Shown here: positions 34,402 to 43,968 of the stretch, piece by piece | Layout of the letters: every line of letters starts with the position of its first letter | Position numbering within the stretch: position 1 is the first letter of the stretch | DNA from: Armatimonadota bacterium | Lineage (GTDB): Bacteria; Armatimonadota; HRBIN16 | Length of the DNA stretch: 64,000 nt | Assembly: GCA_963677485.1 (NCBI GenBank) | Contig: OY781964.1 | Coordinates: forward strand, 736,001 to 800,000 | Direction: 5' to 3' | Notes under the pieces: generated by a model | What the model was told of the DNA's origin: nothing | What the model saw: the letters and a program-made list of their open reading frames with translations, nothing else | The model's database searches: none | Program-made: the position numbers and the translations under genes

Positions 34402-34662
34402 TTGGCAAATCTGAAATCGTCTATAAAAGACATCAAACGCAACGAAGCTAATCGCCTGCGGAATAGGTCCGCTAAATCGGCCATGAAGACTTTTGTAAAG
34501 AAGGCCATCGCCGCTGACAGTGAGACGCTTCAACAGGCTGTGAATATGGCCATTAAATCGATCGACAAAGCAGCACAACGAGGCATTATCCACCCTAACC
34601 AGGCAGCTCGACGCAAGTCCCGCTTGGTGAAGAGTATCAACGCTAAACTAGCAGCTAAGTAG
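34402..34662 (+). CDS. rpsT: 30S ribosomal protein S20
   Basis: ANLKSSIK, IDKAAQRGIIHPNQAARRKSRL; TTG start after GAGGAG. Confidence 0.96.
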   Translation: MANLKSSIKDIKRNEANRLRNRSAKSAMKTFVKKAIAADSETLQQAVNMAIKSIDKAAQRGIIHPNQAARRKSRLVKSINAKLAAK

Positions 34663-34700
34663 ATTTAACTATCCGATCGGTCTAGGTGGGAGGTTTCCTC

Positions 34701-35771
34701 TCAGCTCCTACACAGATCAATAACGAGCTTTTCAAGGGCCTCCTTCGGGAGGCTCTCTCCATTTGTCTCGATCCCCTTCATATTCGCATCAATCATATAC
34801 ATCAGTTCAAAGCATTGCGTGATGGATTTGAATGAGGGCATTCGACGGGCATGGGCTTCCAGCCGCTTGGCAACAAAAGGCTTTGACTTCAACTCATCGT
34901 CTAGATTCAAGTCACTAGGGAAACACTCGCGGGGATCGCCTCCGGACATCTTGACCTTCATCTGCCAAATCAAACGGTAGTGCCTGATCAACTGCGCCAA
35001 AACCTGCACAATTACTTCATCACCGCGCAGACCGCTATCAAACATACCCCGGATGTAATGAACGGCCTCCCTGGCCCTTCCAGAGGCCACAGCGTTGACT
35101 ACCTCAAAAACCTGAGCCTCCGCAGTACGGCTCATCGCATCCCTGACATCCTGTTCCGTCAGCTCCTTACGCTCACCCACGTAATCTATCAGCTTGCTCA
35201 GCTCCATGCTGGCCAGGTTAGGGTCTGCTTTCGTAAACTCCGTAAACAGCTCCAAAGCGGCCAACTGGAATGTTTTTCCCTGTGCGGATGATTGGGCTCT
35301 GAGCCAGTTTTTCATCTCTGCACCTTTGAGCAGAGTGAACTCCACAGCCAGCCCAATGGGCTTCACGGCATCCAGCAGTTTTTTAGGCGAACCTGCGCTG
35401 ACTTCACCCGTATTCCGAGTCACCATGATGAAGCATGTAGATACTGGTATTGCTGGTAAAGCTTTGATGAGGTCGTCTACCTCAGCCGCTTTCAAAACCT
35501 GGATACCATGCAGAATGATGCACCGCCGATCACTCAGGAACGGCAGCGACATACACTGCGAGAGCACACTGGAAAGACTGGCGTCACCGATCTCGTAGTT
35601 CCCTGTCTCCATGGGATCTACGTTCAGCTTCTGGCATATTGCGGACAGAACCTGCCTTTTGCGTGAGTCGTCAGACCCATGCAGCAACACCACCGAAGGG
35701 ATATCACCCCCAGCCAACAGGCCAGGGATAGCCGCCGGATCCACGATGCCCGTGATTAGCGCAGCAGACAC
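34701..35771 (-). CDS. holA: DNA polymerase III subunit delta
   Basis: SLPFLSDRR, ELSKL..Y, converging on rpsT (a common pairing). Confidence 0.88.
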   Translation of the reverse strand: MSAALITGIVDPAAIPGLLAGGDIPSVVLLHGSDDSRKRQVLSAICQKLNVDPMETGNYEIGDASLSSVLSQCMSLPFLSDRRCIILHGIQVLKAAEVDDLIKALPAIPVSTCFIMVTRNTGEVSAGSPKKLLDAVKPIGLAVEFTLLKGAEMKNWLRAQSSAQGKTFQLAALELFTEFTKADPNLASMELSKLIDYVGERKELTEQDVRDAMSRTAEAQVFEVVNAVASGRAREAVHYIRGMFDSGLRGDEVIVQVLAQLIRHYRLIWQMKVKMSGGDPRECFPSDLNLDDELKSKPFVAKRLEAHARRMPSFKSITQCFELMYMIDANMKGIETNGESLPKEALEKLVIDLCRS

Positions 35772-36221
35772 TTATCCCTCGTCCTCTAAATGATCTCTCA
35801 GTTGGGCGATGTATTCCATGCGCTTCATAGCTCTGACCGATACACGGCGTTCATCCAGTGCCTGCTCAAGTTTGAGAACCACCAGCTCGTAGGTGTCTAT
35901 GCCCGGAATATTCTTCTCTACATAGTCAAAAGCACCCAACCTCATGCAGTCAACCGCATTACTGACATTGCCGTATGCCGTCAACACGATCACCTGCGTA
36001 AATAGGTCTTTGGCGACCGCCTTGGCCAGGATACGTTTACCGCTGAGCGGATCTTCCATCGACATATCCGTAATGACCACATCGTAGTTGTTGCTTTCAA
36101 TCGCTTCCTGTCCGCTCAGTTCGCCGTCAGCGACCTCTACCTCGTAGCCGTCGCGTTTTAGGCGGCGCTGTATCGCACGACGTACATCCTCTTCATCATC
36201 GATTACCAATACTCTAGCCAT
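35772..36221 (-). CDS. Single-domain response regulator
   Basis: VIDDE, ITDMSM, LTAYG, DYVEK, plus a short C-terminal helix. Confidence 0.92.
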   Translation of the reverse strand: MARVLVIDDEEDVRRAIQRRLKRDGYEVEVADGELSGQEAIESNNYDVVITDMSMEDPLSGKRILAKAVAKDLFTQVIVLTAYGNVSNAVDCMRLGAFDYVEKNIPGIDTYELVVLKLEQALDERRVSVRAMKRMEYIAQLRDHLEDEG

Positions 36222-36257
36222 CAGTTTGTTCTCCTTATGTGTTTTGCGTATGACACC

Positions 36258-38048
36258 CTATTGTGAATCCTCAGGTGGCAACAGCGGCAGGTAAATCTCA
36301 AATCTGGCTCCCTCTCCGGGAACGCCATTCTCAAATATAATACCGCGATGTGCATCTATAATGCCCTTCACGATACTGAGGCCCAATCCCATACCCTTAT
36401 TGCGGCTGGTGAAGAAGGGTTGGAATATCTTCTCCTTCAACTCCTCGGGAACACCCGGCCCCCCGTCTTCCACTCGAATATGAACCCGTTTACGAATGCG
36501 GTTCAAAGCTATTACAGTTGGCACATCATGCCCATCGCACAGCTCACACATGACACTCAGCCGTCCGCCGTTGGGCTGGAAGCTGATGCTGTTTTCAATG
36601 AGCTCCCCCAACGCGCGCTTCATGCGCGCCGCATCGATGTTCATTGGCGGGATATCATCACTCAACGTGAGTACCAGTTCGATGTCGGTGCGCTTCGGAA
36701 AAGTCTCTTCTACACTTTGCCGTATCACATCGGCGATACTAACCGCTCGTCGGGCCAACTGAGTGGCCACAACAAAGTCACGAAATTCCTGCAGTATCTC
36801 TTCTAAACGTGAGACACCGCTACGCATATGCGAAACAAGATCATTCACTTCTTGCTTACTGACATCGGGTAGACTGAGCTGATATTCCAGCTCATTCAGG
36901 TCGCCCTTGATCGCAAATGTGCGGTTCCCAATCATATGCGCAGACCGAGCAGAGACTTCACCCCATGCGGCCATGCGTTCTGAGTATACCAGCTTTTGCT
37001 CGATCTGGAGCTTTTCAAGCGCGACGCCGAACTGGCTGGCGACCGAGCTCAGCAAAGCCTCATCTGTATCTGTGAAGCGGTTGTCAAACCATCGGCTGCG
37101 GCTTTTCTTGCGTACCGCCCGGATGACACCTACCACGCGGTTCACGCCAGGTACCGGCACCGCCATAAAACTGCCCAATTGCTCCACCGGCATTTCGCCA
37201 AAAAGGCCCTTGTATCGCGGGTCTTTGTTCGGTCGGGCCGTTACTATGGGCTGCCCGTTCTGTGCCACCCAACCCGTCAGCCCCTCTCCCAACTGGTAGA
37301 ACGCATCGCCTCGACGATGCTTCAAAGCGCTGGTGGCTGCCACCAAACGCAAGGCCTTCTCGCCATCATCAATGATGAATACACTGCACTCTTCAAAGCG
37401 CAGCAGGCTGGAGGTCACCTCCAATACGACATTTAGCAGCTCTTCCAACTCTTCGCAGGCACTTAACTCGTTGCCTATGCGCACAAGCGCTTGTTGCCGT
37501 GACCGTGCGGTGTGTATTTGGTAGGCCGCTTCACACATATCGGCAATAGCCGTGATGACATGCACATCGCGGGTAGTGAATGGATGCGAATGATCTGTCT
37601 CCACATTCATCACACCCCTGGTCCGACCGTAAGCATCCAGCATCGGCACCGCAATTTCGCCCACCACATCATCAAACGAGCCGAGATAATGCGGGTCTGC
37701 AGTCACATCGTCTGCGTAATATGGCTTCTGAGTGGCGGCCACATAGCCGGTAATACCTCGCCCACTCTCCTGAGCCACATCAAGGCGTTTGTGAATACGC
37801 TGGGTTGTCCAGCCATGACCGACCACATGGTGAATCACCAGCTTACCAGCATCTTCATCTACCAGCGCTAGAAAGGCGCGGTGACCACTGACCACTTTGG
37901 TGGCTTCATTGAGGGCTGTTGACATAAAGGCATTCACATCCCTCAGGGTAGTGATGCCCCTCGCCATCATTTGAAGAGTAGAGACTATCTGTGCTGTGTC
38001 GGAATCATCTATCGGTATATTCTGATCAGCCTGGCCGTTTTTGGACAT
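36258..38048 (-). CDS. Cytoplasmic GAF-GAF histidine kinase
   Basis: Two GAF domains (GITGYVA, GLTGWVA), HisKA-like helix, DGGPG, FFTS..GMGLGL. Start uncertain (38048 or 38102). Confidence 0.9.
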   Translation of the reverse strand: MSKNGQADQNIPIDDSDTAQIVSTLQMMARGITTLRDVNAFMSTALNEATKVVSGHRAFLALVDEDAGKLVIHHVVGHGWTTQRIHKRLDVAQESGRGITGYVAATQKPYYADDVTADPHYLGSFDDVVGEIAVPMLDAYGRTRGVMNVETDHSHPFTTRDVHVITAIADMCEAAYQIHTARSRQQALVRIGNELSACEELEELLNVVLEVTSSLLRFEECSVFIIDDGEKALRLVAATSALKHRRGDAFYQLGEGLTGWVAQNGQPIVTARPNKDPRYKGLFGEMPVEQLGSFMAVPVPGVNRVVGVIRAVRKKSRSRWFDNRFTDTDEALLSSVASQFGVALEKLQIEQKLVYSERMAAWGEVSARSAHMIGNRTFAIKGDLNELEYQLSLPDVSKQEVNDLVSHMRSGVSRLEEILQEFRDFVVATQLARRAVSIADVIRQSVEETFPKRTDIELVLTLSDDIPPMNIDAARMKRALGELIENSISFQPNGGRLSVMCELCDGHDVPTVIALNRIRKRVHIRVEDGGPGVPEELKEKIFQPFFTSRNKGMGLGLSIVKGIIDAHRGIIFENGVPGEGARFEIYLPLLPPEDSQ

Positions 38049-38064
38049 GTTGATGATTAGACTC

Positions 38065-39945
38065 CTAGTCAGTTTTGATCGCGGCCTTGCCGTTATCTGC
38101 ATTCAAGTTGAACATGGTGCTGATGATTTTCCGCGCCACAGGACCTGCTGACGAGCCGCCGTGGCCTCCCTGCTCCACAAACACGCAGATGGCTATCTGC
38201 GGGTCATTTGCGGGAGCGTAGGCCACGATCCAGGCATGCGGTTTGATACGCGGCGGGTCCTCTGCGCTGCCTGTCTTGCCCGCAACCTGCATGTTATTAA
38301 ACTCTAAAATCTTCGCGGTACCATGCTGCCCACTCACCGCAGAAACCATGCCATGCTGTATCATCTGCCAATATTCGTCTGGCAGCTCCACCTTGCGCTG
38401 CACATGGGGTTTGGTTTCATAGACCGTCCGTTTTAGGCCATCACGCACACATTTAATGACATACGGACGCATCAGAACACCCTTATTAGCCACCACACAA
38501 GCGATTTGGGCCACCTGCAAAGGGGTGGTGCTGATATACCCCTGCCCAATGGAGCTGTTACAGGTATCGCCTGGATACCACTTTTCATGGAAGGTCTGAA
38601 GTTTCCAGTCTGGCGTTGGGATGCTGCCTTTTTTGGCACCGGGCAAGTCAATACCAGTCGGTTCACCCAGGCCAAACCCATGCGCCATACTGGCGATTTT
38701 CTCCATCCCAGTGCGCAACCCCGCCTTGTAGAAGAAAACATCACACGAACCGGCGATGGCACTATCAAGGTTCACAGCATGATGGACCGACCAGCAGCCA
38801 AAACGCCATTTACCCAGCATCAAGTATCCTGGGCAGAATGCTGAGGTACCGCCATTAATGGCCCCTGCCTTTAGAGCCGCGGCCGCTGTGACCATCTTGA
38901 AAGTAGAGCCCAGGGGATAGCGTCCCGCCAGAGCCCGGTTTTGAAGCGGGTATCGCCGATCGTTGGCGATCTGTTTCCAGGCTGCGCTCTTCATTTTACT
39001 GGCAAAGATATTGGGATCAAACCTTGGAAAACTGTTCATCGCCAGTATTTCACCCGTCTTAGGGTTGATGGCCACAACCGCACCAGCCCGATCCCCAAAT
39101 GCCGTTTCTGCCGCCCGCTGCAGCTTCTTATCTATGGTCAGCTGCACTGTACTGCCAGGAATAGGCGGCTGGTAGGCCAGTTCGCCGCGCTGCCGACCAG
39201 TGGCATCGACCTTAAGTTTTCGGCCTCCGGCGGTTCCTTGTAGATAGTTCTGTAGCCGCAACTCTATCCCGGATTTTCCGATATAGTCTTCACGGCCAAC
39301 TCCGGTCGATTCGAGATCCGCATACTCATCGGCATTCACTTTTCCGAGCGCGCCCAACACATGTGAAGCCAGCAATCCTTCCGGGTAATACCGCACGGGC
39401 TGAGTCTGCACCATCAACCCCTTCATAAACGGGCCGTTTTCCTCAATAGAGGCCACGATCTGCCTGGACGCGTCGGTCATCAGCACGACGGCGTCAAACC
39501 GCCTTCGCCAGGTTTCGACGTCACCAAGAGCCTCCGCCACTTCGGCGGTCGATAGCCCAAGAAGCTTGGCAATCCGACCGATAGTCACATCCGCCAGTTG
39601 CTTTCGAACCTGCTCTTCCGTGCGGTCAGTGGCGTTGGCTTGATCCTCAATCTCGTCAGGGCTGATCTCCAGATCCGCAGGAATCACACTAACCACAAAC
39701 TGAGGCCGACTCATCGCCAGGGTGAGGTTGTTGCGATCGACAATCAACCCTCTCGGCGCGGTTTGCCTCACAACACGGGTGTAGTTCTGCTCCGCTTCAT
39801 CCATCAGTTCTGGCCCATGAAGAACCTGCAGATACCACAACCGCGATGCGACCAGCAGGAAACCCAGTCCGGTAATCACTGCTAACAGCGTGACCGGACT
39901 GCCCTGATGCTCAGACGGATCATGGAAGTCAAAGTGATGCGTCAT
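38065..39945 (-). CDS. mrdA: Penicillin-binding protein 2
   Basis: RLWYLQV, APRG.I.DR, STFK, SCD, KTGSAE. Confidence 0.93.
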   Translation of the reverse strand: MTHHFDFHDPSEHQGSPVTLLAVITGLGFLLVASRLWYLQVLHGPELMDEAEQNYTRVVRQTAPRGLIVDRNNLTLAMSRPQFVVSVIPADLEISPDEIEDQANATDRTEEQVRKQLADVTIGRIAKLLGLSTAEVAEALGDVETWRRRFDAVVLMTDASRQIVASIEENGPFMKGLMVQTQPVRYYPEGLLASHVLGALGKVNADEYADLESTGVGREDYIGKSGIELRLQNYLQGTAGGRKLKVDATGRQRGELAYQPPIPGSTVQLTIDKKLQRAAETAFGDRAGAVVAINPKTGEILAMNSFPRFDPNIFASKMKSAAWKQIANDRRYPLQNRALAGRYPLGSTFKMVTAAAALKAGAINGGTSAFCPGYLMLGKWRFGCWSVHHAVNLDSAIAGSCDVFFYKAGLRTGMEKIASMAHGFGLGEPTGIDLPGAKKGSIPTPDWKLQTFHEKWYPGDTCNSSIGQGYISTTPLQVAQIACVVANKGVLMRPYVIKCVRDGLKRTVYETKPHVQRKVELPDEYWQMIQHGMVSAVSGQHGTAKILEFNNMQVAGKTGSAEDPPRIKPHAWIVAYAPANDPQIAICVFVEQGGHGGSSAGPVARKIISTMFNLNADNGKAAIKTD

Positions 39946-42230
39946 TAAAACGAATCAACTCCTGGCTGCACGGCATCCGTCGGTGGCGTGGTTGTATTGC
40001 CTGTATCTGGAGGGGTACCCTCAACTGGGGTGCCTTCCTGCTCTGGCGGCGGCTCGCCATTCGTGTCCGTTGCATCAGGTGATACTGGTTCGGTCACTTC
40101 ATGTTGAGGTCTATGCCTGCGTTTCGGTTTATGTATATCGCAATATTCCTCTTTGGCGTTCACGTCCACCGTCACCTCAATGGGGTTAGGGCAGGCTGAC
40201 GTCGCCAGCTTGCCTGATTCCTGGCATATCTTCACTCGTTTAGTTTGAACAGCGTTGCCTGAGGAATCTTTTCGCGTGGTTGTGCTTACACTTGGGCTCA
40301 CATGCGCTGCGACTCGCATGAAGCGATCCCACACCGGTGCACACAGTGTTCCACCATAGCCCGGAAGTGTGGTGTATCGAGTTTGTCCTTTGCTGTTTGT
40401 GACCGGTTTGGCCACCCACACTATGGTGACCAGTTTGTGTCCTTCGTCCTTTGGGTCCACCCAATAACCGGCGAACCAGGCATCCCGTCCCTCATTTGTG
40501 GTGCCGGTTTTACCGCGTGCATCACCAATCCAGTTGCGAAGGGCTCTGTGCGCTGTGCCGCCAGGCCTGTCCACAGGGCCCCTTAGCAGTTGGTCGACGA
40601 CATCGGCGGTGGAGGCACTGATCGCACGCTTCGTGTCGATCTGCGTGAAGTCTTCCATAACCTGGCCTGTGCTGTCTTCGATGCTAAGGATTCCCCGAGG
40701 CGTGGGGCAGTACCCCTTGTTGGCAATGGTGCTGTAGGCCCTGGCTAGTTCTATCGGCTTGATCGCCGATGCACCTAGTGCCAATGCCAGAGTGGGATCC
40801 AGCTTGCTGTCATATCGGCCGCCGTCACCAATTCCCATCTTTGCGGCAGTATCTACCACCGCTTTCGGACCGACCTTACGCAGCGCATTGATGGCCGGTA
40901 TGTTGATGGAAAAGGAGATGGCATCGGATATGCTGACAGAAGAACTGTACCTACGGTTCATATTCTGAGGGCTCCACTTGCCTAGGTGCAGCGGCATATT
41001 GGGCAGTCGCGAGTGAGCATCCAGTTCACCGGCCTCTATCGCCGTCGCATAGACAACAGGCTTGAACGCAGAACCAGGCTGCCTGCGGCCTTGAGTGACA
41101 TTGTTATACTGATTTTCGTCCCAGTCTCGACCGCCAACCATGGCTAATACATCGCCATTGCTGGGATTCAGGCACACCAGGCCGGCAGCTCGAAGTTCAC
41201 GGGGCATAGCGGCTACCGCCGCCTCCGCAGCACGCTGCATCTGGTAGTTCAACGAGGTGCGAACAGTCACACCGCCCTGCCACATCGCGAGGCCATTCTG
41301 CTCTCGTAACTCATCGATCCGTGACTTAATCCAACTGACATAGTATGGACACAGCCAATCGCCCTGATTATCCGTATCTTCGTCGGCCGCACGAGCGAAC
41401 CGCAGCGAGCTGGTCACCGCATCACGATATGAGGCTTGATCGATGCGCCCCTGTTCCAGCATGAATTTCAAAACCAGGTCACGACGTTCCAGAGCTGCCT
41501 GACGGTAATCCGGGTTACTGAAATGACTTGGACGCTGGATCACCCCAGCAAGGAAGGCGCATTGGCTAAGACTGAGCTGGTTAAGTTCTTTACCGAAAAA
41601 TACACGAGCAGCTCGCTTCACGCCGTAAGCGCCACGGCCAAAATAGACCACGTTCAGGTACATCTCAATGATCTGCTCTTTGGTGAGGGTTTGTTCAATC
41701 TTGATGCTAAGGATTACTTCTTTGAGCTTACGGTTGACATTTTTATTTGATGATAAGAAGGCGTTGCGGGCTAACTGCATCGTGATGGTGCTGGCGCCTT
41801 GCGCATACCGGCCGCGTTTGAGGTTCACCACAACCGCACGCAACAGCCCTTTGGCATAGACACCTTTGTGGCTTTCAAACTCTTTGTCTTCAACGGCTAT
41901 GACCGCATCACGAAGCTGTTGAGGAATTTCATCGTAGGTGGCTGGTTCACGCTGCTCCTGAGCAAAAACCGCCAATACCTCACCATCGGCAGATAGTATC
42001 TTTAATCCCTCTGCAGGTTTGTAGTTTGCGATGTTTTCTGAAGTAGGTGTCAGTTTCCACACCTGCTGCACCGTATAGCCTACATACAGCAGTCCCAATA
42101 ACAGGCCCACAAGCACAACTAAAGTGCCGACGGCGAAAACTTTGCCGCATCCGCAGCCCTTGTTTTGACGTTTCCGCTGAAAATGATCCCTTGAGGCGTG
42201 TGTCAGTGTAACCGACCCCCTTCCCAGCAA
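39945..42230 (-). CDS. Class A bifunctional penicillin-binding protein (PBP1A family)
   Basis: ED..F..H.G, GASTITMQ, RKLKE, SAFK, SIN, KTG. Start is uncertain (TTG 42230 or CTG 42206). Confidence 0.9.
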   Translation of the reverse strand: MLGRGSVTLTHASRDHFQRKRQNKGCGCGKVFAVGTLVVLVGLLLGLLYVGYTVQQVWKLTPTSENIANYKPAEGLKILSADGEVLAVFAQEQREPATYDEIPQQLRDAVIAVEDKEFESHKGVYAKGLLRAVVVNLKRGRYAQGASTITMQLARNAFLSSNKNVNRKLKEVILSIKIEQTLTKEQIIEMYLNVVYFGRGAYGVKRAARVFFGKELNQLSLSQCAFLAGVIQRPSHFSNPDYRQAALERRDLVLKFMLEQGRIDQASYRDAVTSSLRFARAADEDTDNQGDWLCPYYVSWIKSRIDELREQNGLAMWQGGVTVRTSLNYQMQRAAEAAVAAMPRELRAAGLVCLNPSNGDVLAMVGGRDWDENQYNNVTQGRRQPGSAFKPVVYATAIEAGELDAHSRLPNMPLHLGKWSPQNMNRRYSSSVSISDAISFSINIPAINALRKVGPKAVVDTAAKMGIGDGGRYDSKLDPTLALALGASAIKPIELARAYSTIANKGYCPTPRGILSIEDSTGQVMEDFTQIDTKRAISASTADVVDQLLRGPVDRPGGTAHRALRNWIGDARGKTGTTNEGRDAWFAGYWVDPKDEGHKLVTIVWVAKPVTNSKGQTRYTTLPGYGGTLCAPVWDRFMRVAAHVSPSVSTTTRKDSSGNAVQTKRVKICQESGKLATSACPNPIEVTVDVNAKEEYCDIHKPKRRHRPQHEVTEPVSPDATDTNGEPPPEQEGTPVEGTPPDTGNTTTPPTDAVQPGVDSF

Positions 42231-42405
42231 TCCAACTATAGGTACCCATTTAGTGATACCGCGCAATGAGAACGTGATGCAAGTAGACACCGCGTGCAAG
42301 CATGAAATTGAGGCCGACACGGGCGGTGAGAAATGCAGGTCGAACACATGCGGGCCTGGCAACGTCAACCTGCCGATTGGCCACCGCCCACATCGTCACG
42401 CCGTC

Positions 42406-42600
42406 GTAGGGGCGGGGTTTCCCCTCCCCAGGGCGAGGCACGCCTCGGTTTTCATGTTGCGCCTTTGGGCAGGCACGGGAGCCTGCCCCTACAACATTAA
42501 TATGCACCACCGCAGGGGCGGGGTTTCCCCGCCCAAGGGCGAGGCGCGCCTCGCCCCTACGGATATCGGCACACCAAGGGCGGGGCGACCCCGCCCCTAC
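42406..42600. repeat. REP cluster (GTAGGGGC family, about 6 palindromes)
   Basis: GTAGGGGCGGGGTTTCCCCTCCCC, GGGCAGGCACGGGAGCCTGCCCCTAC, GGGCGAGGCGCGCCTCGCCCCTAC, GGGCGGGGCGACCCCGCCCCTAC. Confidence 0.88.
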
Positions 42601-43889
42601 GCCAACCCTAGACGTTTAAAGGTCACATCCACGTAGCGCAGGTGGTGCTGCAGGTCAAATAACTGCTTGACCTCATCCTCGCTCAGCACAGCCATCACGT
42701 CTTCATCGGTCAGGATGGCGGCCAGCATGTCCTTGCTCTCCCAGGCCTTGGCGGCGTTGCGCTGCGCCATTTTGTAGGCGTCTTTGCGCGCCAGACCCTT
42801 GCCCACAAGAGCCATCATCAGGTGCTCGCTGTAGACCAGCCCACCGTATTTGTCCATGTTGCCCTGCATGTTTTCGGGGTAGACGATCAGCTTGCTCAGG
42901 ATATCCGTGAACTTGGTCAGCATGAAGTCCATCGCCAGGCTGGCATCGGGGATGATGATCCGCTCGGTGGAGGAGTTGGTAAGGTCGCGCTCGTGCCAGG
43001 TGGCGATGTTCTCCAAGCCGGGGATCAGGTAGCCGCGCACCACGCGGGCCAAGCCGGTGACCGTCTCACAGTTCCATGGGTTGCGCTTGTGCGGCATGGC
43101 GGAGCTGCCCGTCTGACCCGGTGCGAAATATTCTTGCGTCTCAAGGATCTCCGTGCGCTGCATATTACGGCACTCGGTCGACCAGCGCTCCATCGAAGCG
43201 GCCAGTATCGCCAGGGTGCTGAGGTAGGTGGCGTGGATGTCGCGGTTGATGATCTGCGTGCTGGTGGGCGCGGCCTTCAGTCCGAGCAGCTCGCAGACAT
43301 AATCTTCGACCTCGGGACTGATATTGCCGTGAACGCCCACCGGTCCGGAGATTTTACCTACAGAGACCATCTCTTTGGCGAACTCCAGCCGGGCGATATT
43401 GCGCTGCATCTCGTCATACCAGCCAGCCAGCTTGAAGCCGTATGTGATGGGCTCCGCATGGATTCCGTGCGTTCGCCCGATCATGGGGGTGTATTTATGC
43501 TCGATGGCCCGCTTGGCGATCACATCACCCAGTGTCTTGCACCGCGTGATCAGCAGATCGCAGGACTCGCGCAGAAGCATCGAGAGTGCGGTATCGACCA
43601 CGTCATAGCTGGTGATGCCGAAGTGAACATACCGGCCCTCTGGCCCGACGAACTCCTCCACGTTGCGGACAAAAGCCACCACATCGTGCCGAGTCTCTTT
43701 TTCCAGTTCATCGATGCGCGCCTGGTCGAAGTCGGCCTTTTCGCGGATCACCTTGGCGGCTTCCTCGGGGATATACCCAAACTTCGCCAAGCCATCACAC
43801 ACGGCGACTTCCACTTCCAGCCACTTGCGGGTTTTGTTCTGCTGTTCCCAGATGGCACTCATCTCGGGTGTTTGATATCGACTGATCAT
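42597..43889 (-). CDS. purB: Adenylosuccinate lyase
   Basis: MISRY, TRHDV, GRTHG.HAEP, GSSAMPHKRNP; GGAG ribosome-binding site before 43889. Confidence 0.97.
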   Translation of the reverse strand: MISRYQTPEMSAIWEQQNKTRKWLEVEVAVCDGLAKFGYIPEEAAKVIREKADFDQARIDELEKETRHDVVAFVRNVEEFVGPEGRYVHFGITSYDVVDTALSMLLRESCDLLITRCKTLGDVIAKRAIEHKYTPMIGRTHGIHAEPITYGFKLAGWYDEMQRNIARLEFAKEMVSVGKISGPVGVHGNISPEVEDYVCELLGLKAAPTSTQIINRDIHATYLSTLAILAASMERWSTECRNMQRTEILETQEYFAPGQTGSSAMPHKRNPWNCETVTGLARVVRGYLIPGLENIATWHERDLTNSSTERIIIPDASLAMDFMLTKFTDILSKLIVYPENMQGNMDKYGGLVYSEHLMMALVGKGLARKDAYKMAQRNAAKAWESKDMLAAILTDEDVMAVLSEDEVKQLFDLQHHLRYVDVTFKRLGLA

Positions 43890-43968
43890 ATGTATACTCC
43901 AGCGAGTTATTGACGTTACGTTACAGTATATTGTACAAGAACCCACTCTACCGCAGAGGTGTCGATAG

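Noticed and set aside
42822-43913. 363-aa plus-strand ORF
   Set aside because: Antisense shadow of purB caused by codon bias.
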